NCBI RefSeq assembly: GCF_001194135.2
Contig: NC_068995.1
Location: 50,677,088 to 50,741,087 of the forward strand
Origin: Octopus bimaculoides
Taxonomy: Eukaryota
DNA: 64,000 nt
Reading direction: 5' to 3'
Made by a program: the position numbers and the translations under genes. How positions within the stretch are numbered: position 1 is the stretch's first letter; every line of letters begins with the position of its first letter. Shown one piece after another: positions 11,411 through 23,411 of the stretch. The notes under the pieces were generated by a model that worked only from the letters and a program-made list of their open reading frames with translations, did not search any database and had not been told where the DNA came from.

Positions 11411-12463
11411 AATAACTTATAACAGAAATATTTGTTTCTTCATTTATGTTTTTTTTTTTGTTTTTCAGAACTGTAGTAGCATTCATTACTCTATAATTAC
11501 ATTTCTATAAAAATATTTGAAGAGAAAGTTTTGATTTCTATTTTCAATTACAATTCATTAAGACAGACAAGATTTTGATTTCCATGTCCTACTGCTGCTG
11601 CATTCCAAGGTAAAGAACAGCTTGTTAACTTACATATATTTGACAGTTTTTTCTTTGTTTATTTATTATTGTTTTTTTTTTCTTTTCTTATAAATACTAT
11701 TTCAATATTTATTTCAAAAAGCTGCATGGGAAGAGAAAGAGCTGTTGCAATCTAAGAGAGCGTGTATTGTACGACTGATGTAAAGCATACAACGCTAATA
11801 CACAAGTCATTTCACAACTGAGCCACTGAATACCTCAACTACTTTTTCAATTGATCCCCACCCAATAAATAACTGGTATTTGAACTAACACACTTCACTG
11901 AACCAAGGAGGAGAATTGAAAATTGATTCTAACAGTTTTTGAACTCAAACCAGGTAATTAGTATAGTTCATTACTTTCTACATAAACTTGTAAATGAGTA
12001 AGACAATAACATTATTATACACACACAAACATATAAGTGTGTGTGTGTGTGTGTATTGTAAGGAATTAGAAATAATGGTACACCCCCCCCCCCACACACA
12101 CATGTGAAAAGTGGAATAAGCCACTCACTATAAGTAAGGTGACGTCAGCCAGTATCGCGAGAATACATAGAGTATGAGAGTACATGTAGACTGTGTTGAG
12201 AGTCGTGTCTGTGCTGATATAGTAATTATACTGTGATAACGAGTGGATGTTATAACAATCCGACCTTTTGAGGATAATAACACTGTATGACTGGGTGTCG
12301 TACAGTGCCAGATAGAACCATTCTATCGACGACTTTGGAATATAACAATGTCTGTCAGAGCGACAACCGTTGTACCAAGATGGATGCAACATTGGCAAAG
12401 ACTGCTTTACAGCAATAGTGACAAGGATAAACCAATTCACGTGGAGTTAATAGAAACTCTTAA

Positions 12464-12685
12464 GCGGATTAAAACAACTCACAGCTGAAACCGGCTCTCG
12501 CTCTGTAGTACAAATGTCTTGTTTTCATAAGTTTTGAATTAAAATCTTCCATCGAACCTTAGTAACAATTTATGTTCCTAACACTAGTTGGATGATAACT
12601 GAGTTATTTTATTAAATTCTTTGTTATATTTGATATAATTGAAAGAAACACGGAGCATCTCAAAATAAATACGGTAACAAAAGGG
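12464..12685 (-). mobile_element. piggyBac-like MITE family P2
   Basis: Ends GGTAACAAAAGGG|TTAA (12686-12689); TTAA also at 12460-12463 next to a degenerate left end. Confidence 0.7.
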
Positions 12686-14661
12686 TTAAAAGAGGATAAT
12701 GATGAAAACACAAGTTCTCTCATATTTCCTACACACCCTCAGAAGGCTGACTTCTGTTGTCTTAAGTGGTACAATAATATAGAAGATTATACTTCTGTTG
12801 GTATCAGAAACTAGAATTGTTAGAGAAGTGCTGCCTCTTTTATTTGACAAAAGTTGCATTTTCTGTACACACAGCTACTCACACCCTGTTACTTTATTGC
12901 TACTGGTTTTATCAGCTCAGGAGAAAACGAAACGAAAGGCTATCTATTTGGCACTAAGCTGCAAACTTGTCCAAAATAAAATTATACTTCAATTATGACT
13001 TAAATAATATTCATTTCATAAGAATGAGATAAATAAGACCATCAGAAATAGAGCACAATCAAGTTTTCACTTCTTGAAGACTACATAAGGAAAACGGGCA
13101 AATAGTGAAAATATCCACTTTATCAGCACAAAAAGAAAAGTAAAAGAAAGAGAAAGGAAAATCATGAAGAGAAAAAAGAGAAACAAAGAAAGAAGAAAGG
13201 GTGTGTTAAAGAAATACTGTGTAACACACCTACAATGTCTATTGTTGTGGCTGATAGTGATGACTTCACCATTGTTTAATGAAAAAAGAAGTCAACATTA
13301 CTGAAGATAACCATCAACCCTGAGAAATTTGAAGGCTAAAATAAGAAGCAAAACCAGACTTGTCCTATTAACCAAATCTTGAATGAAAAAAAGAAGAAAA
13401 AATGCTTGTTTTTTTTTTCTTCCATTCTTTCCTTTTTGCATCTCTTTTTCTTTCTTCCAGTTGGTGAGAATGGGGAAGATCTGTTAAAGTTATATTTAAA
13501 ACTTTGCATACTTCTTCTCAGTCCCCCACCCAAAAAAAAACACTACCATCAACATCACCTCAATTCTACCTATCTATTTATTTCACAACACTACCCTGCT
13601 TCTTCACAATTTCTCCTCCATTCCACAATGCTGATCCACTTGTTCAAAATTCTATCCCCATCTACGACAATTCTAATCCTATTTATTTCTCCTTACCAAC
13701 AACCTAATCTGTTTTATCGAGATTCCATCTCTACATCATAATAACTTATCAACCTCTTTTACAATTCTATCCATTTCTCCACATCACAACCCTTTCCTTT
13801 TCACAACACTCTCTCCTTAATTTTTAAACTGAAACAGGACGCCTTATTTCCTTTTCCCTCCACTGCTAAATAATTTCCTTCCAAAATCCAACTCTTGAAC
13901 TGGATATTTTTATTGACTAATAGATTTTTTTTTAAAGTCATTCAAACATCCTCCAACTCAATTAAAATCTCCTTTGAATGAATTCTTCCATGCAATTTTA
14001 TATTAGGAAATATTGTTCATTGGAAACTTTCCTTACCAATCAGTCAATCAATCATTCAATCCAAAGAAAAAAATACATCAAAAATCAACAATCCTTGTAC
14101 TCAACACTGTAATAATTATCAGTTTAAATAGCTTCACCCATCACTTCATTATATTAAAACCTGCAGCTATTCAAGTTTCTAGCTGATAGATCCCATTTCA
14201 ATCTATAACTACCCCCAGAGGCAATGAATTTATTATTAGTTCTCTACGATGTGGTGCAATGCGTAAAGATGTACAAAAAAAAAGGGGGAAAAAATTAAAA
14301 GTCTAATATTGGTTAGATCTAATTATCTTTCAACAATTTACATCTTGAAATCCAATATTTTCACCATACTAAGACAACCAACAATGGAGCTTCTACACAG
14401 TTGCTCAACTAGTTAAAGATAGCGGCTTAGTTTCCCTAAAAGCAAACCTTACTCCAGTGGTCCTCAATTCAATATTTGTTGAACAGATAGGTTTTTTTTT
14501 ATTTCAAAAGCCTAGGGTCTATGGGATAATTGATTTAAATAAAAAGGGGGATCTTTTAGTGGTGAAAAGGTTAGGGACTGCTGTCCTACTATCCTAGTGT
14601 CTGAATGAAGAAAGAGAAAATACATTGGGTAAGACAACCTATGTTTGATCAAAAACAGACA

Positions 14662-15000
14662 GGATGGTCATGGTTGGAACATCGGTAATCATAGTTTTGC
14701 TCAATAAGGCAGACTTGGAGTTGAATAACAACAAAGATACTCAGAATTGTCAACAAGCCAGAAAGTAGCTGATGGTACTAGATATTATCAGCTGCTGTTA
14801 TTGTTTAACCCTAAGTCAAGCTTGATCAAGTAAACCTATGATCAAAGCTGTTCTGGCCATGACCACTCTGTCTTAATAGGGGAGGGGTCTAAAAGGAATG
14901 TATTATCTAAGGAGCTCTTCCTTGTTCAGGAGAGTGAGATGGGATTCGAGAGAGATTTGGGTGCTATTCCAAGAATGGTAAGCAACTGCATACAGGCACT
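14662..15000. mobile_element. Two tail-to-tail copies of family C
   Basis: Plus-strand tail 14662-14734 and minus-strand copy at about 14796-15000. Confidence 0.6.
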
Positions 15001-15059
15001 GAATGAGTAAATATATGACCAAGGACATTCCAACCACAACCATCTTGCTTTTTTTTTTT

Positions 15060-15400
15060 AATGGTACTGTGTTTAGAAGTTTGCTTCCCAATCACATGGT
15101 TCCAGGTTCAGTCCTGTTGTGTGGCACCTTGGGAAAATGTCGTCTACTACAGCCTTGGACCAACCAAAGCGTTGTGAGTGGATCTGATATACACAAACTG
15201 AAAGAAGCACATTGTATTTATGTGTGTACATGTAAATTGTGTGTGTTTGTCCCCCATCACAGCTTGACAACCAGTACTAGTTTGTTTAAACCTCTGTAAC
15301 ATAGCAGTTTGGCAAAAGAGACCAATAAAATAAGTATCAGGGTTGATTTGTTTGACTAAACTCTTTAAAGTGGTGCCCCAGCATGGCCACAGTCTGAAGC
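15060..15400 (+). mobile_element. SINE family A, tail type 1 (CpG-decayed)
   Basis: Head, microsatellite and CCAGCATGGCCACAGTC tail. Confidence 0.8.
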
Positions 15401-17575
15401 AAGGAAGTGGTAAAAAGCATGCATAGTGTATTCGGGATTACATGATACAATGCATCCTTCCATCTTTTTATGTTGGCGGTTTTATAATTTGAGATAACTG
15501 CCTTCTATTTCTAGCAAGGAAAGTGACTGTGTAGTTACTTCCTCGTTATCTCAGTCATTAATTATATAAAAAGAAGGATAACTAAAGTAAAACAAAAAAA
15601 AAATTACTAACGAAAATCTAACATAAATACATTTGATGTTATATAAAATAAAACATTGATTTATCACATTTCTTCAAAGAAAATGGTCGCCGTAAGCTAA
15701 ACAAGTAGGGGAAGTCAACCTCAATTGGGGAAAGGAAAAAGAAAAAAGATACTTCTCACATGGATGACCTTTCAGAAAGAAAAAAAAAACTTATGTATTA
15801 GAGAGATAATGTAAGCAAATAATTGGCACTTTAATAATTCAGAACAATGGGGATTTCCTTCTGGGATACAAGGGGTCTTTCCAGTAAGGAGAGAGAGCGA
15901 GCGGGAGAAAAGGAGAGTATATAGTTTAAATGACAACAGTGGATTGTTAAATATAATAGTACACATGTAGTGGAAAGCTTATCATTATCATCACATGGTC
16001 TCTTTGCTCTAGATATCTTCTGCCTTACCAACCCAACTGAATCAATCTTCATTAAGAAGCCAGTAAGTAACCCTTGAAAAATTGACTAAAACACTGTTGT
16101 TGCTTTATATACAGTGACAGATATTAATGGTTCACAGGGACTTTAACTTGAAGGTCAACAACTCAGGAAGTGAGACAAGGCATTTTGTCCCATGCTCAAA
16201 TGATTCTGCCAATCTGAAGGATAAACTAAGACAAGATGAGTCATATTTGTGTTATACATAAAGGCACAACACAAAGATTGTGGTAATGTTTGAATTTATG
16301 ATCAATATCCAAAAACCAATATTCTATCACTTTAGCCTCACATCTACCATTGTCCCACGAAGTCTGAAAATCTTTGGAATCAAATGCAAAAGAATGGGCT
16401 ATTGCACACCAGCCATCACAGCCATTTTTGATGAGAGCAAGTGTCCAAAAACATGACAGCACACTGAGAGAACAAGCAAGCTTTGTCCTGAATATGAACA
16501 GACATAACTTTTTTACACTCAGAGAGAGGGGAAGGGATTGAAAGCTAACAAATGAGTCGATTTTATAGCGCTGTTTAAAAAGACAAATTGCTCTTACTCT
16601 GTAGTCCCTATTTCAATATCAGCTAGATGTGATTAGCTGTTTGTGGCACACTGCATGGTACAGATAATTAATAAAAACGACCCCTGACACCCAGCAGAGC
16701 ATCATTATACAAGCCTCCAAATTATCTCCTCAGCACCAACACCATTATAGATTTCTTATACAGATGGAAAGTCATGCAGAGGATAAACACTTGATTATAT
16801 TGATCATAGTATTCAACTAGTATTTATTTTATTGACCCCAGGAAGAATTAAATACAAAGCTAACCCCAGTATTATTTGAACTCAGAACATGACTGCATGC
16901 CATTTTGCCTGCTTCTCCATTAAATTACCCAACCCACTGCTCCACCATATCTCTAATATAGTTTACAATGTACATTTTACATACACTGGCATCAGACCAT
17001 TTCACTTTAAATATTTTACAACAAACTGTGAGTTATTTTGATTTGTTTGTTTACGTTGTCGTTGTTGTTGGATGCCTTTATTGTTTAAAGCCATTTTTTT
17101 AATTAAAAAATCCAATTAACCTCTCACCTTAGATCTCTATATAAGCAAATATAAAAGTACAGAAAATGCAAACAACCCACAGTTAATTAACAATGAACTG
17201 ACTCCTCATTTAACTTTCTTGATATAGAAGAAATGAACCAAGTTGTAATGTAAGAAAGAAACTATGTTGAACTAAATAGACTCCAGAATGTATTTTCAAG
17301 AATATTATTTACCACCAGTGTACCAGTTTTGTAACTCCCACTCTACCACAACTCGTGTTGACTCATAAAGAAACAAAGAAACAAATCAAATAAAAATATC
17401 CTAAGATATAAAATTTTACATAGAAAATAGAGGAAATGGGAAGTTGTGGTCTTAATACTTTTTAGAAAAGTATTAGTGATATCAAGGAAACTGAAAAAAA
17501 TTCCAGCTGAGATCCAATCTTTAATATCAATATTTCATACACACATACACACAGCTGAAATAAAAATGCATACAA

Positions 17576-17930
17576 AGGCGCAGGTATGGTTGTGTGGTAA
17601 GAAGTTTGCTTCCCAACCACATGATTCTGGGTTCAGTACCACTGCGCAGTATCTTGGGCAAGTGTTCTCTACTATAGCATTGGGCCAACCAAAGCCTTGT
17701 GAGTGGATTTGGTAAACAGAAATTGAAAGAAGCCCATTGTATATAGATATGGGGGTACCCCCCCCCCCTGCTTGATAACTGGTGTTGGCATATTTATGTC
17801 CCCATAGTGGTGTGGCAAAAGAGACCAATACAATAAATAACAGACTTAAAAAGAAATAAGTACTAGGCTCAATTCATTCAGCTTAAAATCCTTCATGGCT
17901 GCAGTCTAATGACTGAAACAAGTAAAAAAG
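17576..17930 (+). mobile_element. SINE family A, tail type 1
   Basis: AGGCGCAGGTATGGTTGTGTGGTAAGAAG...GACTGAAACAAGTAAAA. Confidence 0.8.
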
Positions 17931-18771
17931 AGAAGACTTATGGGGTTGAGTTCACCTTGGCAGAGAACCACAAAATACCAAACTTGAACGCTTTACCCCT
18001 TTAGCATTTAAACTGGCCAAACCTGACCCAACCTGCCTCTTACACCTACCCTACAATGCTCCGATCAAGTGGTTTTATGCAAAAGAGACAGATAGAATAA
18101 GTTTCCTGGATTTAAAAGGTAAGTACAAGAGTCGATTTATTCAACTAAAAACTCTTCAGGGCGGAACAAGTGAAAGATAAAAGAAAAAAGATCGAAATTT
18201 TCTTTGCAAAAAAAGTTAACAGCAACTCAGGGTTTTAATAATTAGTTACAAGCTACGAATGGATGGATGCCCTAAATAACACAACCATGGCGGGGTGGAG
18301 TGGGGCCATGAGAGAAGGTATAGATTTGAGAAAGAAGAGCAATGGCTGTTGTAAGGTATGAACTTTTGACATTGTAATCAACCATCCAGAACCTTAAACT
18401 GAACAGCTATTGTGCCAAGAAGGAAAAGTGTGTATGTGCTTGGGCGGGGTGTGGTGTGTTTCATATCCATTTGACCCCATCAACCAGCAGCTGCAACATC
18501 ATTTCAAATCATTCAAGAAATTATTTCTTTGTGGATTGTTTATACTCTTTAGTAGCTGTCACTGGCTATTTTAAGAACAGTTTGTCTCATTAATGGGATT
18601 ACTTTAAGTAGATTCTCTGCAAACATCAAACAACAACGAACATAATAAACACAGATTCTCCACTAACACCCCTATCGCCATCGTTGGCAGCGACGGCGAC
18701 AACAGCGTTCATATTCATAAATGTCAGATTTTGCAGAAGTCAGTCAGGACTTAAAAAGCAAGTCAACATAC

Positions 18772-18990
18772 TCAGGTCAGCAAGGGAAAGGAGGAGAGGA
18801 AAAAAGATTCCGGCCGAAATATCGAGCAGTGTGATGAAATATAGGGAACTGTGTGTCCTCGCTCCCTTGTCAGTTTTATGGTTTTACATCACTAAATTGT
18901 GAAATAGCAGTTAAGCTTCAGAAGTAGCAAGTGCCGGTTTGTAATGCTGATATCACCGTTCTGATTTGTTTGTAATCTTTAAAAAACCGT
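18772..18990 (-). other. Candidate non-coding first exon of a leftward transcript
   Basis: Unique CpG-rich sequence ending at minus-strand donor TGA|GTATGT, at the edge of the CpG-depleted domain. The 5' end is a guess. Confidence 0.2.
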
Positions 18991-19189
18991 GTTTATGCAG
19001 CTGGAATTGTTTCTTAGCATCGACTGCTCATTAACTGTTCTCCGGCTTAGAATATTAAAGCAAGCAGTGACAAGTGTCTCAGTAATAAAACAAAGAAGAA
19101 CCATAGACTTCGGAACGGGGTGGAAGAGAAATCCTCCTCGTGTGATCATGTGATGAAGAAAGGTGGTTGTGGGTGGTTAGAATGATTAT

Positions 19190-19390
19190 ACTTGGCTTGG
19201 ATTGGTAAAATCGGTAGAGCGACTAACAAAATGCCTTTTCAAACCGACTTAATTACGTCTCTATATGTTCTGAGTTCAATTTCCGCCGAAGACGACTTTG
19301 CCTTTCATCTTTGCAGGGTCAAAAGAATAAGGAACCGATCAATTATACTCCCCCAAAATTTGTGATCATGTGCCTATGTTAGAAATCGAT
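19190..19390 (+). mobile_element. SINE family B (CpG-retaining copy)
   Basis: GTTCTGAGTTCAATTTCCGCCGAAGACGACTTTGCCTTTCATC. Confidence 0.7.
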
Positions 19391-20103
19391 ATTTAGCTTG
19401 AATTTTTGTAGGTTAACAATTTGACATGACATCAGCTGAAGTGCAACTTTCAAAAGATGACAGAATTAAGATAAAACAGAGATTGTGTGTGGAGGTATGA
19501 TGAATGGGGGAGTTCGTTCCGAAAAGAAAAAAAGGAGACTGCTTTTAATAAAAGTAAAATAGGTGGTGAAAATCAGAAATGGATGAATAATGCAACGATG
19601 CTTATCAATTAAGATAACCTCTTGCATAAGAGTACCTCTACGCGGTCGTTCGACTAGCTAGAATTAGCAACTAAGTTTTCCTTAAATCTCATCCGACTAT
19701 CTTTTAAAAAAATACTGATAAATGAAAAAGACTTTGGATAAGGTTGTTTGTGCTCTATGTATGTCACTAAAATATGGAAGAGATATAAGGACTCCGTTAC
19801 TCAATGTCTTCCCTAGGGGTCCTTGGTGTCACGCAGTAGGACTGAACCTGGAACCATGTGGTTGGGAAGCTAGTTTCTTACCACATTGCCACTCCTGCAC
19901 CTATTTGTTTGTTTACGTCTCAGCAATATAGTATCAGGCTTTAAGAAATAAGCAACTGGAATCGATTCGTTCGACTAAGCACTTCAAGATGATACTCCAG
20001 CATGACCGGAGTCCAATAACTGAAACAAGTAAAAAATATTCCAAGATGCCAATTGGATTATAACAAGACAAGACAAATTTAAAGCAAGTTATGTCAATAT
20101 ACT

Positions 20104-20189
20104 AAGCGAAGGTAAAGAATACGCACACTCGATGTTTAGGTTTAGGGTTACGCCGAAAACGGGTGGTGTGCGTATTCTTTACCTCCGTC
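20104..20189. mobile_element. 86-bp foldback MITE with 8-bp TSD
   Basis: Perfect 19-bp inverted repeat AGGTAAAGAATACGCACAC / GTGTGCGTATTCTTTACCT; flanking direct repeat AATATACT at 20096-20103 and 20190-20197. Confidence 0.75.
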
Positions 20190-21202
20190 AATATACTTTA
20201 CACACAAGTTTATTCTAAAATCTTACATTTACCATAACACAGCAAATTTTTAAATGTCACTGGAGTCTAAATGTTTCCCGGGTTTAAACAGTAAAGAAGA
20301 AAATCTTGAGCTAAATTTTTTAAAGAAACTACTCTTATAGTTTGTTAAAAATATCCTAAGATATTTCCTTTCATGTAGTTGTATTAGAAAACTAATCTAT
20401 CGATGACAAAAAAAAAATGCAGACAATAGAAGTATTGACAAAAAAGCACGAGTTGGATTTTTATTTAACTGGGTCAATGAAAATAAAATTTCCTATGTAA
20501 TACTTGCACTACTTAGAAAAAATGTTTTCTTTTACGACAACTACAACCTTTAAACAAATGGGATTTTTTTTTTAAATCACATTAGTGAATATATGTTAAT
20601 GCAATTTTTTTAATTGTCTTAAACACACACATATTTAAAGTCCGTTTTCCCTGCTGTGTGTGGGTGTATCTAAGAATGTATGTATATATGTAGTGTATTA
20701 CATTTCAGTGTAAATCCTTAAAATGAAACACCCATATAAATGAATTTGCCGTTTTGAATTCCATGTTTTGTGGAATTACCAAGGACGGAAATAATAAATG
20801 GTAGTGGAATCGAAAGATGTTAACATTATGTTAATGTCAGCATGTATAAAAGACGAATCGCAGTAGACGAGAGAAAACACTGCAAAAGATAAATAATAAA
20901 AGAGATAAAGAGAAACAACAGATAACGAGGAATGGGCCAAGGAAAAGATACATTACAACTTTAAATTGTAATTTTTACCGTGTGCATGTGGGTTTTGGTG
21001 TATGTTTGGAAGGAAAGTTTGCTGAGCACCGCAAAATCAATGACTTTATCATTTTGCTGAAGAATTCTATTCCCGACAGTTAATTCAATGTATCCGACTC
21101 GGTATTACAATATTTTGAGCATTTACTAATTTTATATCTTACCTCTTTTCTAACGTCTCCGTAAATGAAAAACTTAATCCCAAAACTGTGAGTTACAAGA
21201 TA

Positions 21203-21358
21203 TAGTGGCGTGGGTGGCATAGGCGGGGGCCACAGGGTAGTTACCCAGGTTTTAAAAAAAAAATTCAAAAGAAATATAAAATGGTATAAATAAATTAGCG
21301 CCCCTCCACCCAGCAATTATTTGTTTTGCCCCATGAGCTGTCTTACCCACGCTACATG
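21203..21358. mobile_element. Degenerate hAT-like MITE
   Basis: Imperfect TIRs TAGTGGCGTGGGT / ACCCACGCTACATG; no clear TSD. Confidence 0.45.
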
Positions 21359-22244
21359 TCATGAGGATCTACTTGCGATGACAAGATAAGAGAAATTCTA
21401 CGCCTTTTGTAAAATATATAAAAGTGTGAACTGAAAATGTATACTGAAAAAAATAAGTTCTTTTTTTTTTTTTAACAATCACAAAATGTTTNNNNNNNNN
21501 NNNNNNNNNNNNNNNNNNNNNNNNNNNNNNNNNNNNNNNNNNNNNNNNNNNNNNNNNNNNNNNNNNNNNNNNNNNNNNNNNNNNNNNNNNNNNNNNNNNN
21601 NNNNNNNNNNNNNNNNNNNNNNNNNNNNNNNNNNNNNNNNNNNNNNNNNNNNNNNNNNNNNNNNNNNNNNNNNNNNNNNNNNNNNNNNNNNNNNNNNNNN
21701 NNNNNNNNNNNNNNNNNNNNNNNNNNNNNNNNNNNNNNNNNNNNNNNNNNNNNNNNNNNNNNNNNNNNNGGGGGGGGGGGTAATTTTTATCGATTAGTAA
21801 TCGAACCGTAAAGCCAGACCGGTTTGTCTGAAACAACCGAAGTGACTAACTTAATTTAAATGTTATTAATAACAATATTTATCTTGACTGACAACAGCAC
21901 TTAGTGTTTATATTAAATGATTAAAGAAGAGCACTAAAAGATAGGGATTGTTTGAAAGTACCACCAAAAGATTTCTGTAAACATCTATTTATTGTATGTC
22001 GTTTACGTTAAGTGCTCGTCTCTATCTCTTCCCTCCAAGAAGCATCGCAGGCGTTGTTGCCTTTAGAATGCAGAGAATTAAAAGACACCACAAGGTATCC
22101 CCCATTCGACGTTATAACAATTCCGTCCGTCCACTGTCCTGCATTGGTATCTTTTTATTTTTTCATCAATCCCAAAAGTGCAAAAGCAAAGTTAACCTCA
22201 GCGGTATTTGAACTCTAAAAGATCATTATAATTTCGCATTTATA

Positions 22245-23411
22245 TCTATATATATAAAAATGAGAACGTGTGTGTCTGTCTGTGTGTGTGTGTGTGTGAA
22301 TCCCTAAAACTCGAGAACTACGCAACCAATTTCATTCAAATTTTACACATGCCTTACTTAGGGTTCCAGTTGTGTTTTAGTCAAAAAAATGTTTAACTTC
22401 TTGCAGAGTTCGAGCCCACGGCAACATAATCTCTTCCACTATTTAAGTATTACGTGTCAAAAGTGAAACAAAAACACTCATGTCAAATACTTTCACTTTA
22501 AAAATGAAACTATTCCACTAACTGAAACAATCACATTTCGATACTGTAATGACAGATACTTTCAGAGAAAGAGAGAGATGTTTATGTATACATATAGATG
22601 TATATGTACACGTTATTCCACTAACTGAAACAATCACNNNNNNNNNNNNNNNNNNNNNNNNNNNNNNNNNNNNNNNNNNNNNNNNNNNNNNNNNNNNNNN
22701 NNNNNNNNNNNNNNNNNNNNNNNNNNNNNNNNNNNNNNNNNNNNNNNNNNNNNNNNNNNNNNNNNNNNNNNNNNNNNNNNNNNNNNNNNNNNNNNNNNNN
22801 NNNNNNNNNNNNNNNNNNNNNNNNNNNNNNNNNNNNNNNNNNNNNNNNNNNNNNNNNNNNNNNNNNNNNNNNNNNNNNNNNNNNNNNNNNNNNNNNNNNN
22901 NNNNNNNNNNNNNNNNNNNNNNNNNNNNNNNNNNNNNNNNNNNNNNNNNNNNNNNNNNNNNNNNNNNNNNNNNNNNNNNNNNNNNNNNNNNNNNNNNNNN
23001 NNNNNNNNNNATTTGTAATTCAACGGTACAACAGTGTAAGACTACCCTTTCAGATATACTTACATTGTGATTTCTGCAACGTGGTGCATAAATTGTCAAG
23101 TAAATGAGACGCATCTTTGCCTCCACTGATTCACTTGCAAAGTGTTGAGTAAAATTATTTCGTTGCAGACCTCCTTTGAGTCTTTTTATTATCACTGCGA
23201 CACACACAGTCCCCAGTTGGTAACATTGATTTCAAGGCCTTCCCAGATGAGAGACTGGCATTCCACTTAATGTCTATGTTCCATGCTGGCATGGATTGGA
23301 GAGTTATTAATGTAGAAATATGGTATCGTAGCTACTAACAGTTGAGGGTTGCGTAGTCTAGACGGCATTTTTAGATTTCATTATTCTCTTTAACCCGGGT
23401 ATTTCTGCTAG
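22245..23411 (+). mobile_element. Non-autonomous Helitron-like element
   Basis: 5' A|TCTATATATATAAAAATG followed by a subterminal GT/GTCT microsatellite and AAAACTCGAGAACTACGCAACCAATTTCATTCAAATTTTAC; 3' CCCGGGTATTTCTG-CTAG|T. An A|T target with TC...CTRR ends is the Helitron hallmark. Joining the two ends across gap 22638-23010 is inferred. Confidence 0.6.

Noticed and set aside
13302-13335. SNF2 helicase-like micro-exon AFKFLRVDGYL
   Set aside because: Eleven residues only; the expected S/T after RxDG is absent and no other helicase motifs occur in the window.
14930-14977. Kinesin (CENP-E-like MG.E..LG.IPR) exon
   Set aside because: The P-loop GKT(Y/F)T that must precede it is absent, and the sequence aligns to a family C repeat.
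22008-22154. CUB-domain-like peptide ITSNGGYLVVSFNS...ASW on the minus strand
   Set aside because: Only 48 codons between stops; lacks the CUB GF and YCG motifs; the upstream acceptor has no pyrimidine tract; no other CUB exons seen.
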